Positions 12,151 to 23,689 of a stretch of DNA of 64,000 nucleotides are shown piece by piece. The stretch's first letter is position 1. Every line of letters begins with the position of its first letter. A program made the translations under genes and the position numbers. The stretch spans positions 5,234,345 through 5,298,344 of the forward strand of contig JBNZDD010013730.1 of assembly GCA_050575255.1 (NCBI GenBank), read 5' to 3'. The notes beneath the pieces are model-generated. The model was given only the letters and a program-made list of their open reading frames with translations, was not told the origin of the DNA and made no database searches. The stretch is from Harriotta raleighana (Eukaryota).

Positions 12151-14310
12151 CTTCTTCTTGGGCATTAATGCACATGTTGCAGTAACTAAACCGATAATTA
12201 TCATGATTCATATTATTATTCAACAGGTTCTGAAAGTTGGAAATCACAATCACCCGCTGGGACTAAATTTGCATTTCGCGACTGCTGAAAAATACCTCTC
12301 TCTCAAAACTTTTAATTATAGATCCAACATTGCTAATTTGATATTTGTACTGTAACCTTGAAACTGAATGTCTGAAGGTTAATGTCATCATGTTTTGTCA
12401 TATGAATTGATGTGTATGAATACAGTTTGGAAATATAAATTCAAAATGAGAAGCGCAGAACACTTCTCTCAAAAGCCATGCCCTGCCGTTTCAATTCATT
12501 TTGGAAAATGTTGACAATTTTACATTGAAAAGGTGTGATGTCTATAGATCGCACAAGTCATTGTGTCAGTATTGGCTTCATGCTGCAAAAGAATGAGAGA
12601 GTGATGAGCAGCAATGAAGATAATAGGGCAACAGGAACAGTGAATATAACACGGAGACACTGAATTACTATTCCACAGTATGTTTCCTGCTGATGACACT
12701 TGTATGATAGGTTTTAGTTTAAATTGGCCCAATTTTTGAAGGAGGTTTTATGCCATTTTAAATGTGAATGGGATAGTAAACTCAGAACAATACTTGCAGA
12801 TGCACTGAGACTACAAAACAAGGGGAACATAGGTTTAGGGTTAGAAAGGGCAATTTCAGGCCAAATGCTGGGAAATATTTCTTTTCTCAGAGAGCTAATG
12901 ACTGGAACAGGTTACCAGGAAAGGTGTTTTGAGACCAGAATGCCGAACTCATTTAAAAAATAACTGGAAGCTGCGATACGAGGATAGAAGGATGAAATCA
13001 GATGGGCCTTCTTCATTTGAACCTCTCTTCTGAAACTGCGATGTTGTGGTCATTTTGGAAATAGATGGAATGTAGATGAAAAGGCAATAAGAATACTGTG
13101 TGTTCACAACATATATCTGAAAAACAAATGTGGAAGAAATACAGATCACAGTTTCATTCAAAGATCTGCCCTTCAAGGCCAAATTTAAGTGAAACTGATC
13201 ACGTGTGGTAAACCCAGGTAAGCACAGCTCTCACAGATAAGCAAGATCATGAGAGGTTCAGAGTTCACTTCTCTTGTCCCGAAAGAATGAATTGATGAGG
13301 ATGAGATGGGAAAGGCTTTAACCAGGAGGGAATTATGAAGGTAAGAGGGAAATAATCAAAAAGTGATATAAATAGAACTATGGTAATAACGGAAAATATT
13401 ACCCATGATAAATTTATAAGCCCAGCTACTCAGGCTTGCACATTTTCCCAGTGGAACTTTATTTTGCTAGCACTTTCAGTTCCCTCCCTCGTGGTTGAAA
13501 CTTCTGTCTGAAACTTTGCCGAGTTCCAGTTTGTTCCATAAAACCGCTATTGGCATTATAGGAGAAGTATCTACTAATTTATTCTCAGTGGAAAGTGCTG
13601 ATTGACATGACTGATATAACATTACAAAAACAACTTGTGGACTGAACACAGTACACATTTATCAATGAATAATACATACTATGCTCCAAGCCTAATTTAT
13701 GACGACTCAGCAAATTAATCATTCATTTTATGACCTCTGCCTTCTCACAAACCAAACCTACACTCGAACAAAACAATATCCACATCAGTTTTTGAGACTG
13801 ATGTCAAACCATTTTAAGTAAAGTCGGTTCTTGAGGCTACTATTGTCTGTCAAAAGTTTCTGATTGAAAACTTGTTTTAATGAATGCATGTGTCAGACAA
13901 AGAATGCATTGAAGTCCTCAGTTGCAGTATTAATGAGCTGAGATTTCTAAGACTGGAGCCAAGGGATTATCATGGGTGTTAGAACTGAAGTTTCAAATCT
14001 GCTCCCCTCAGTGACATATTCCAGTTCAAAATGTATTCAATACTATCTGATACAGCTAAACATTTTAGAATCTGAAATTATCTATTCCCAGTAAACCCAC
14101 ATTTATTCTGAAATGAAGCAGGCTCATTAAAACATTACTAAAGAAGAATATGCAAAGAAGAAGAATTCAAGGCAGAAAATGTCAGCAAAAGTGAACTATC
14201 AGGGCTTTATAGCTCAGAAGACCGACACTGTTCTTTACCCCAAAGTTCCTTATCAACTACACGTCTTTTCACTTGGGATCAGTAGCAGGCAGAACAACAT
14301 GCTAGCTTGT

Positions 14311-14505
14311 GGCATCTATGGAGAAAGTCTATGGAGAAAGGAAAGTGAGTCAACGACTCTTCGTCAGAAATGACAAAGGGTTGTAGACCTGAAACGTTGA
14401 CTCACTTTCCTTTCTCCATCGATGCTGCTTGACCTGCTGAGTGTTCCCAGTGACTTCCGTTTTTGATTCAGAATTCCAGCATCTGCAGTATTTTGCGTTT
14501 TGTTT
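14311..14505. mobile_element. Penelope-type palindromic repeat with decayed hammerhead-like cores
   Basis: Perfect 25-bp inverted arms 14331-14355/14395-14419; centre has ctgacgaag on - and atgacaaagggttgtagacctgaaacgtt on +; continues as gatgctgcttgacctgctgagtgttccca...ccagcatctgcagtattttgc. Confidence 0.7.
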
Positions 14506-14914
14506 CTGCTCGCTTGTCGATCTACCATTTGCCCCCCAAAATAATTCTGTTTTAATGGATTTCTTTCATCTCACACAATGTAATATTAAATCCGTTTGGG
14601 ATTGCTGATTCGGGAAGTGACTGTTTCTGTGTATACTTTTATATCATACTATTGGTAAAAGGAAACCCATTCATTTGTAATATTAAAGTCTATAAGGAAC
14701 ACTTGATTGCATCACTGATGCCCTCCGACTAAGGGAAAAACTGAAACAGCTATCTAGATTTAGTGCTACATATTCTGAAGCTTTTCTGTGGTCTTTTTTA
14801 TGGCAACGTTTTGAAGCAGGCAATTACGAAAATACATTTCTCGTCCGAAGAAATTGCCAGCCCAACATAGGAAGTGTTTCAAGGATAAATCCAATAAGGG
14901 AAGCAGAAGTGATT

Positions 14915-15320
14915 AATGTTTATGGTGAAGATCATGAATTATGATCAAAATATGATCGGGAGGCAGCACCAGATTGTACTGCTGCCATACTGATCATACA
15001 GAACTCTCAGAATACAGTCAAGCCTCTTTATTGGCAAATGGATTCATTATATAAAGCTGCCTATCGAGAATTAGAAGGCTTTCACAATAGAAGGGTTTGC
15101 AACAGATGGTAAGTGTAAAAAAAGAGAGAGAAGGAAACAGACAAACCTTTCAATAACAAGGTAAGATAATGAGAGTTGTGGAGATGCTGCATAACGCAAG
15201 GTGGGAATCTCAAAAAGACAACTGTTAAGAAAGAGTGAGTTATATATGGCATTTAAGTGACTTGTAGGTTGGAAATAAAGACTGACGGACTACTTGAGAG
15301 TCCAGAAAGTTCACCTTCAT
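14915..15320 (+). mobile_element. Highly decayed CR1-like LINE pieces
   Basis: Traces of RT motifs (gattgtact...tggcaaatggattc, cf. WQMxFN) and a CR1-like 3' end near 15150-15320. Confidence 0.35.
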
Positions 15321-15567
15321 TGTGAGTGCGTGTGGGAGGGTAAATATTTAGGATAGATTTTAGATTTGTTTGGATTCTGCAACATATAAAAGAGCCTAAA
15401 ATAAAATGTAAAATGCATGAAGTGTTATGAAATCTGGAGATAGAAAAAGCATGGCGCCTTCCTTAATCATTCCCGATGGCAGAGAATAGTGGCATAGAGT
15501 TTGTACAATTATAGACTGACCTTTAAAATGGCCTTCAAAACTGCAAGCTTAATTTTGGAGGTAATAA

Positions 15568-15688
15568 AAAAGGAAATCTGTGACGACTGAAAATCTGAAA
15601 AAGGATGGAAAGTGCTAGAGCTGCAGCTCGTTCAGCATCTGATGGAGAAAGATAGGTCAGTGTTTAGGCTGCCAACCTTCATCAGAAT
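15568..15688 (-). mobile_element. Older copy of the Penelope-type repeat with hammerhead-like remnant
   Basis: Reverse strand ctgatgaaggttggcagcctaaacactgacctatctttctccatcagatgctg, homologous to 14369-14430. Confidence 0.55.
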
Positions 15689-16046
15689 CCTGAATGAGTC
15701 ATTGTGCATCTCGATACAATGCAATACAATGCAAAATTACATCTGTGTAGCGTCTTTCACGTCTCCAGCGATTCCTGTTTTTATTTTAATTTGGGAAGGG
15801 TTTGATTTTGGTCAGAAATCCTGTTTATTTATTTGCAAGTTGGAAATATTGTGTGGAGCAATGTGCTGAATGGTGATCACGGCTGCCGACGTGACAAGTC
15901 AGTCTCCTTACAGGTCGGTCTGCAAAACACTGTGCATTGCTTTGGAATGAAACTGTTACATGGAAAAGAATGAATCCAGGAACATCTCGGCTCATGCACT
16001 GGCCTGTACCAACAATCTCTCCGAGGAGCCCATTAAAAAAAAATCG

Positions 16047-16190
16047 AATTATTCACTCATTGACAACTCGAAATTCAAAACCTATCTGGATTAGGGAATC
16101 GATGATGTTTTAAAGTCTAATGACAAAGGAGACATTTCTGTAGCCACACTGTGGGACACTGTGAAAGCCTTGTTCAGAGGGCAAGAGATT
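16047..16190 (+). mobile_element. L1-clade LINE ORF2 fragment (post-endonuclease region), with stop codon
   Basis: One frame reads NYSLIDNSKFKTYLD*GIDDVLKSNDKGDISVATLWDTVKALFRGQEI; WDxxKAxxRG is the conserved L1 ORF2 motif (human WDAFKAVCRG). Confidence 0.75.
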
Positions 16191-16537
16191 GAAGAACACA
16201 CCAAAGGAAAACATGAGAGTAGATTAAGTGGTTTCGCCCTCAAACACCCGCAGAAAACTAATAAGGGGAAGATTCCAGACAAACATGGTGCAAAATCAAA
16301 ACTGATTTTGAGTCCACAAACCCAGCACTATAAAGGAGCACAGAGGAAAGTTAATAACAAAGAGAGAGAGATGATTAAGTGGCTTTGAGTTTCTTAACAC
16401 AGGCAGGGTGGCTGGAACAGCATAAACTGACTACTGGGGTAAAACTCTCTTGACAACAAATGCTACACACTGCAATTATTTTGTAATTATTTTGTGGGGA
16501 AGGGAAATTGCTCAGTACATTTATAAGATCATATATA

Positions 16538-16695
16538 AAATCCTTGCATTTGATATTAGCATCTTATCGTGTCTTCGAGACGTCTCATAACGCTTCACAG
16601 AATATATGTAAACTGAATTGATTGAATACCTTGTGGGCGGATTGCGCACACAATGTCCTACAAACAGTTGGGGATTGAGAGACCATTTTTTTTTT
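16538..16695 (-). mobile_element. tRNA-SINE 3' half
   Basis: aatccttgcatttgata...gagacgtctcataacgcttcacagaatat...gattga..gacca. Confidence 0.8.
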
Positions 16696-17544
16696 TGCAG
16701 ACGCGATTTATATGTAGCAATAAGAACCTATGCTTCATATCTATGGTCCAGCATTCCAGCCCTTGTAAATTTTAGGGAAAAACATGTGTAAAGGCTGCAA
16801 TACTAAGAGATCGCACCAATAGATGAACATTTCATATTGGTCTGAACAATCTTTCCTTCTCAGAAACAAGAGCTCAACCCTGGGGTAAATCAGAGGGAAA
16901 AAAAAAGGCAGTTTTGTATCTGGTTAAAGACTACCGAGGAGGAACTTTCCCTTCTTTGTGCTGCGGGGTGTACGGATTAGTCGGTAAGTATTTCACTCCA
17001 GGTCAGTTCTGAGATTAACACAGCGGAAGATTCTAAAGTTCTCAAACACCTCAGCAGTGACCGAAAATGGCAGAGGGCATATGCGACCCTGTAGCATTCA
17101 GCAGGTTCTGCAGCAGACTATATAATAAGAGTGAGAAAATGGAGCATGATTGAGGGGCAGTCCATGAAATGAATCACTTTAACCTGAGACTGTGACTGAC
17201 TCAGTGATGCCCAGTAAAACTGTGTTATAATCGGACTGCACAGCAATGAAAGTTAACTGCGATAGTTCTGGATCTTCCCACACACTCTCGGGAGCACAGT
17301 TTGCTGTGTACCATTCATTGCATTAAGAAAGCACAACAGAAGCACAACATGAACCAATAACAGAACCAGTCACTGCCGACAGAGAGATGGGTGCAGTCGA
17401 GTCTTGTTGTCCAGTGAGTTTTGAATAGGGGGCTGTTAAGAATATTATTGCTGCTTACTGCACATCTTTTATTGCACTTGCTTTTGCACAAACAAGCCTT
17501 TATTTTGACATAATGGAAGAACGACAGACAATGACATTCATATT

Positions 17545-17800
17545 ATTAATAATAATCATAATACTCCTTGAATTTGACACAGTGCTTTTCACGTCTTCCA
17601 GATGTCTCAAATCGCTTCACTGAATACTGTATATTGTGAAGTGAATTGACTGTATATTTGTGGGTGCAATGCGGTAGCCAATTGCGTACAGCAGCGTCCC
17701 ATAAACAGCCGTGGATTGAAATGACCAATTTTATTATTGTGTTTTTTTTGGAGGGATTATTTTTAGGCGCGTGGGGTAAGGAAACTTGCCCAAGGTTTCG
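17545..17800 (-). mobile_element. tRNA-SINE lacking its head
   Basis: Reverse complement of ~55400-55649: (TAA)n, ccttgaatttgac, gtgaattgactgtatatttgtggg, gattgaaatgacc, taaggaaacttgcccaaggtttcg. Confidence 0.9.
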
Positions 17801-18473
17801 ATATTAACTCGTAGTTGTGCACTGCGAGTCGGTATGCATGTAAAGTACAGTACCGTGTTTTTCTGCATTTGTCTGTGTGTTACAATCCTATCCTTACATG
17901 TGGCCGCAACTGAACCTCTGGAACTCAATTTGAACGCTGAATTTATGCAGGCTGGACTCCTATCAGCGTCCGAACGGAATTCCAAGAATCGGGAGCAAAT
18001 TGATTTCTTTTGTGATTCTGTCCCCTCAGTTTAGATCCCTACCAGGTGCTCCTTATTAAAGTGAATGCAAGCAGCATGTGTCGAGTACAGAAGAATCCAC
18101 TAACTGCATCTCAAACTTACTCCCGATGATATAAATGCGGCATTAGAAAAGAACCCATCCCTGCTCCATTGTGAACCTTTCTATTTCTCACACTGAGTAC
18201 GGCTGCAGGTTTAAAGCTAAGTTATGAGTAATTTTGTACCTGGCCCGTGCACTTTAGTAACTAATTTCAACTCACTCAGGCTCATTCATATAATGGGAGG
18301 AGAGTTGGGTTGAAAGCACAAGGACCAAATGGCCCAAATAGTCTTCTTCATTCAATCCTCTCTTGTAATTTCACTTAGAGCTTTGGAGCTGGCAGAGAAA
18401 GGAAACACTTATCTCCTCAGTCTGGTTCAGGATTGTGCCAAGTCTCAGAGATGAAATAACAGTGTCTTTTAAA

Positions 18474-18592
18474 ATAATAGTAATCCTTTCATTTGGTCCG
18501 GTGTCTTTCATGTCAGGAGGTCGTCTCAAAGTGTTTCATAGGTTTAACTGTGAAGTGAAGAGAAGAGAAGTGACTGTGTATTTGTGGGCCAA
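18474..18592 (-). mobile_element. SINE 3' fragment
   Basis: ataatagtaatcctttcatttg...cgtctcaaagtgtttc...gactgtgtatttgtggg. Confidence 0.6.
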
Positions 18593-19066
18593 CTCTTGTT
18601 AAATTTTTTGAAAGTGCATAAAAGTTACAGGAGCTGGAAAGCATTAAAGTAATATCACCACAGTACATAGGCAATGTCACTGAGCACGATGGTCTTTACA
18701 ATATAATTTACATTCATATAGCATCTTTCCCATTGGGAGGATGCCTCAAAGAGCTTAGAAACCCAACCAGTTACCAATGCCACCTTAATTCTGTTTTTTG
18801 GTCATGCTCATACAGCACTATTATCCTACCTAGTAATCTATCTAAAACTCTACAGGAATAAGAGTCAGGCAGGCATAGTTTGCTCAGGAAAGATGAGGAG
18901 TCAATTATTTTACTTTCTTTACAATCTCTTGTCTGATGTGAATTGTGCAAACTTCTGAATTTGTTAGGCTATGTCCTTCCCAAGTGGCCTCAGAATTAAT
19001 TATGCAGTAGAGCAGGAAATGCTACAGGAAACAATGAAGTTAACAGTGATGGCAGAGAGTTATAGA

Positions 19067-19258
19067 ACAACAATAACAACAAAATTACATTTATAGAGCG
19101 CCTTTCACGTCGGGAGGAAGCAGGAATCCCCATTACCACACAGCATCACAGAAAACTTTACAAACATAAAGCGACACCTATATGCTCATTGAACAACAAC
19201 AACAAAATGACATTTATATAGCGCCTTTCATGTCAGGCGGACGTCCCAAGGCGCTGGG
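19067..19258 (-). mobile_element. Two tandem short L2 3' tails
   Basis: aacaacaa...aaaattacatttatagagcgcctttcacgtc at ~19067 and aacaacaac...catttatatagcgcctttcatgtc at ~19192. Confidence 0.75.
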
Positions 19259-19344
19259 AAGGAAGCAATTGTGAAATTTTATACGCTCACATACGCTCTA
19301 AAAATATTCTCTACATAACTCTCGGCCTTATCCATCAGTAATAG

Positions 19345-19575
19345 CTGCCCATGGAGAACTTAGGAGGAATCTTTTCACCCAGTGAATGGTTGGAAGGTGG
19401 AATGCCTTGCCAAGGGAGAGTGTTGGAGGCGGATTCCATTGTAGCTTTCAAGAGAGAAGTTGGCAGGTACTTGGAAGAGAGGGACTTGAAGGAGTATGAG
19501 GATTGAAGCAACATCCTGAGCAATTGCAGGCTTGATGGGTCGAATGGCCTCCATTTGTACTGTAGATTTCTCTGG
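19345..19575 (+). mobile_element. Older CR1 3' end
   Basis: aggaggaatcttttcacccagtgaatggttggaaggtggaatgccttgcca...gtagctttcaagagagaagttgg (RRNLFTQ..V..WNALP..FKRE) and gatgggtcgaatggcctcc. Confidence 0.85.
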
Positions 19576-19699
19576 TTTCATTTCTAACCATGCCCCCATT
19601 ATCTAATTTCTGTGAATTTATCTTGGATTTCTTGTGTCCTGTATTTTATGCCCCCAAAATGCTGTGAAACAGATGGAGAATCTGTGTGAATAAGAGTTC

Positions 19700-19928
19700 C
19701 CCTGGTACTCCATCCCATAATCCCACTGCTTCACCCCCTCCCTTGCCTCTTTGAAGACCCATATCAAGACCCTCCTCTTCAACGGTATCTTTGATCACCG
19801 TTCTACTCCCACCCTCCCTTCCCTCCACCCCTCCTGATCCTAACCACCAGCTCGGGTGCAGTCCAACGCCTTGGGACGTCTTCATGACCTGAAAGGCGCT
19901 GTACAAATGGAACTTGCTGTTGTTGTTG
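19700..19928 (+). mobile_element. L2 3' fragment
   Basis: ctggtactccatccca...tcaagaccctcctcttc...cgccttgggacgtcttcatgacctgaaaggcgctgtacaaatggaacttgctgttgttgttg. Confidence 0.8.
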
Positions 19929-21626
19929 AATGTGAAGAGGTTACTGTGCAAGACGGAGAAAGATGAGGGAGTGAAAGAGAAAGACTGGAGTGAAATGAAT
20001 GTTGCAGTGTGTAGGAGAAACGATTGCAGTCTAGACTGATTGGGACCAAATGACCTAATTCACACTTTAACCAATGCTGCCACATGAATTGGCTCATGGT
20101 AACTTCAAAGTCTCCCTATCCTGAATATAATCAATACAGCAGAACAAATTATTGCACTTGGTGACAGTGGTGTTCTTTGACCTGTGAAAAGGATGGTTCA
20201 GAAACACTCGCGAAAGAAGAGTTTGAAAGGTGTGCTTCTGGTTTAGTGTCCTTTGTGTAATCCTCTACATTCAGATGTCTTCCGAAAGGGAACAAGAGCT
20301 TGATTAATCCGTGAATTAATTTACAAAGTAACACATGTAAAAGTTGTAACCTCCTCTCCACACAGTATGAACATCAAACTGTCCTTGATGATGTTGCTAT
20401 GTATTGCTGTGGGTGATTTAAAATTGAATTCACAGAAGGACTGAGCGGCAAGAATATAAAATCAGTGATGGCCTCTACACAAGATTGTCCACGTAATGAT
20501 TCTGAAGAATAATCTTAAAATAGCACTTCTCTTTAAACCACATCCCATCATTATTCATATTTGAGATGCTGCCCAAAATGTATTTTCAACCTGATTCCTA
20601 TAACTTCTGTGGTTTTCTTTAAACACAGTCAGCACTGGGGCTCTCATGATTTGTCACCTGTTGGAAATGTAACGTTACTACTCTGCAAAATATATGGGAG
20701 CATTTAATTTTATGCAGGAGAACGTACAAAGAGGCTCATTTAGAGAAACAGTAGCTTTTGTCGCTAAAACAACCTGAAAACTATCAATGGTGTGGTGTAA
20801 TGGAAAGCCACTGAATGAATTTCCTTTAAATCCATTCTAATTCTGATTTATGCTTCAGAGCATTTACCATGAAAGCAAGGTGACAGCAGGAATTTTCAAG
20901 AAAATTACCTGAATCAAGTCTTACTATGTGAATGACTCAGGGGAGAGAAGAAAGACCTATGGGACAGGAACTGGTGTCACACTTAGAACAGAATGGGAAA
21001 GTGCAAAGCTGGAATCACACCAGTCACACTAGATGTATAAAAATACAGTACGAGAGAATGCTGCAGGATTTAATGTGGTTATTGCAACTAAAGTTCCAAT
21101 TTCTAATGCTGAAAGGAGGACTTTCAGTTGCTTAGAGTATGCTATTCCAATATTAAATTAAGCCATTTAGCAGTAACTGTAGATAGCCCAGTTAATATGC
21201 ACACTGCACTGTAAATATACACACTGCACTCATTTAAATATCAGATGGGATCCTAAATCCTGATTACCATTGGCCCTAATGGAAGATTTGGGTATGATTC
21301 CCATTTAATAAATCACACAATCAAACAGGAATCACCCTAATTCTGGGAAATGCATTGTGAAATGCTTTGTTAGATAAGCATGAATATCTTGGTGCAAAAC
21401 GTTTTGTGAATATTTTATTTACTCAGCGCTTTTGCTTCTGCTCAACCTATTTTCCCACTTTTTCATTCCATTATATCGTTTTAAATTGCCTTAAAAATGT
21501 GATTTTAAATTTTCTCGACACATATAGATTCTTTTCAAAAATGGAACGTGATTTTTATTATTAAAACGGAGCTGAGCAAATATCTACTCAAGAAAGTCAA
21601 TGAAGATGCGATAGACCAAATAATAA

Positions 21627-21725
21627 AATAATAATCCTTGCCTTTGATATAGAACCTTTCACACCTGAAGGATGTCTTAAAGTGCATCGCAGGCTTTACT
21701 GTGAAGTGTATTGACTGTGTATTTT
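21627..21725 (-). mobile_element. SINE 3' fragment
   Basis: ataataatccttgcctttgatatag...gatgtcttaaagtgc...gtgaagtgtattgactgtgtattt. Confidence 0.65.
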
Positions 21726-22554
21726 GTAAAATATAAAAAAATCTATTTCCCCAAATTTCATGCAAACAGTGAATGAAACCTGCACATTCATTTAAATGGT
21801 TAACTTTTCTAGCAAATAAAGCTACGTATTCCACAGAAGACACATACACAGATAGGAAAATACTGACAGTTTAGCCTGGGTAACAGAAAGTGTTGAACAG
21901 CACCAGGTATGCTACATTTACAGCTACCCATTTCCAACAAGCTGGAGAGTGCTGTCTAGTGCTTGCACATATGAGGATGTCAAAGTTTAAATACTGTAAA
22001 TGGTTTCCAGGCAACATCAAGGCTGATATGCATTGAACTATTGCACTCAGAATGTATTTACACTAAAATAAGGCTTTTACTGATCACCTTTCCAGAAAGA
22101 ATCTTCTATGCTCTTCAACCAAACTCATTTAAAAAAAAATTATTAATTTTTTGCATTAGACACAATGTGCAATATTAGTAATGAGGATTAAAAGCCACTT
22201 GAATATGCCAGTTTTAAAGTACAGTATCTGCCTATTATAATGAGGTAGCACAAAGCTTCAGGATTCATTTGTTTCTGTTCAAAGAGTGGCAGCGGAGTGG
22301 GTGAAGGACTTCCCACTGGCCTACAACCAGAGTCATTAGATCTGGCTATTAATCTTAATCTATTTCCATTGAGGTAGTTACCTCACCGTTATTCACAAAG
22401 TTGTATCCCAGCTCCTGACTATGGTGTCTCAATAACAAGGAATCATATCATTTTCTGGATTGAAGAAAGCCAGAAAGAATACGTGGCAGCTCCCTGTCAG
22501 GGTTATCTATTTAGTCTCACTATTGTTTTTTTCCCCAAACGTTTTTATACACTG

Positions 22555-22792
22555 TATATTCAAATATATATCTAACACCCTTTGAAAACTTATTATGGAT
22601 TCCTCTCCAACCACTGTGTTTTTAGGTGGGGCATCTCGTCTCATAATTACCCTCTATGTAAACTGAATTCTCCAAACCTATTGGATTTATTTTTAACAAT
22701 AGTTATGCTCTCTAGTTGCTGACACTACTGACAAGTCAAAAGTGAGATTCTCCCTATTTAATTTGTCAAAACCTTTCACTATTTTGAACCCT
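22555..22792 (-). mobile_element. Decayed CR1 3' end
   Basis: Reverse strand resembles the CR1 ORF2 end: gagggttcaaaatagtgaaaggttttgacaaattaaataggg (FKIVKGFDKLNR). Confidence 0.55.
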
Positions 22793-23284
22793 CATTGTAA
22801 TGACACACAATTCTAGAGGCAAAATGACAAACCTCACAGAAAAGAAAAGCACAAATAAAGCACGCTTTATTTTATTACAGTACTTCACGGTCTTTCCTGA
22901 GTGGAGAAAATTTTACGCGTTTGATCACATTGAGTACAGATGGTACCTCCATAGGAAATTGCCCACAGCAGGAACATTATGAGGCTCGTGTTCATTCCCT
23001 TTCTGCATTTGAGGAGGCAAATATTAACAAATTTTAAGTGACAGTGGTGGGAGCAAATTATGCATTTTTCGAAGGAAACGTTCACCCTGCTTATTCATGT
23101 GGACAAGCTGAAGTGTCCGCCAACATTGTATTTTAGATTCAGCTAAAGAACCTGCTGTGAAATTGCAGGCTTCTCACAGAGCTTCCTGAAGCTACAGATG
23201 TTTTATCATCTTTCTCCTGTTGGAGGTGCTTCCCCCCTTCTCAAGATCCAGCAGGCCAGACATCTCAATCTGCACCCATCTCTG

Positions 23285-23689
23285 TTACTTCGCCACAAAC
23301 ATACAGTCAATTCACTTTACAGTATATTCTGTGAGATATCCAGAACAGCGGTTCTCAACAGGGATACATGTACCCCAGGGGGGTACAAAATTACTTCCAG
23401 GGGGTACATTGATTAATATAGCTTTCGTATTTAGTGTTTTATAGCCTTCCAAATTGTATATTTATTTGTTGTTCCCCTCGTTTTGTATGTGCTAGTTATT
23501 TTGTTATATAAGAAAAGCTTGGGCATAAAATGCAAGTGGAATGAGGGTGGTGGTGTGTGTGTATGCTGTTGGTTGGGGGTACACGATAATGTTGAAAATT
23601 AACAAGCTGTGCATTACTGAATAAGATTGAGAACCACTGATCTTGAAGACATGATCAGGCTCTAAATCAAATGCAAGGATTATTATTAC
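23285..23689 (+). mobile_element. tRNA-SINE 3' part split by a MITE
   Basis: cagtcaattcactttacagtatattctgtg before 23346; gaagacatgat...tcaaatgcaaggattattatt resumes after 23639. Confidence 0.75.
23346..23639. mobile_element. hAT (Charlie-like) non-autonomous DNA transposon / MITE, 294 bp
   Basis: TIRs cagcggttctcaa / ttgagaaccactg (12/13); 8-bp TSD atccagaa / atcttgaa (6/8); internal gggggtac repeats. Confidence 0.85.

Noticed and set aside
22368-22385. tgaggtag let-7-like seed within palindrome tgaggtagttacctca
   Set aside because: The rest does not match let-7 and there is no precursor-length hairpin
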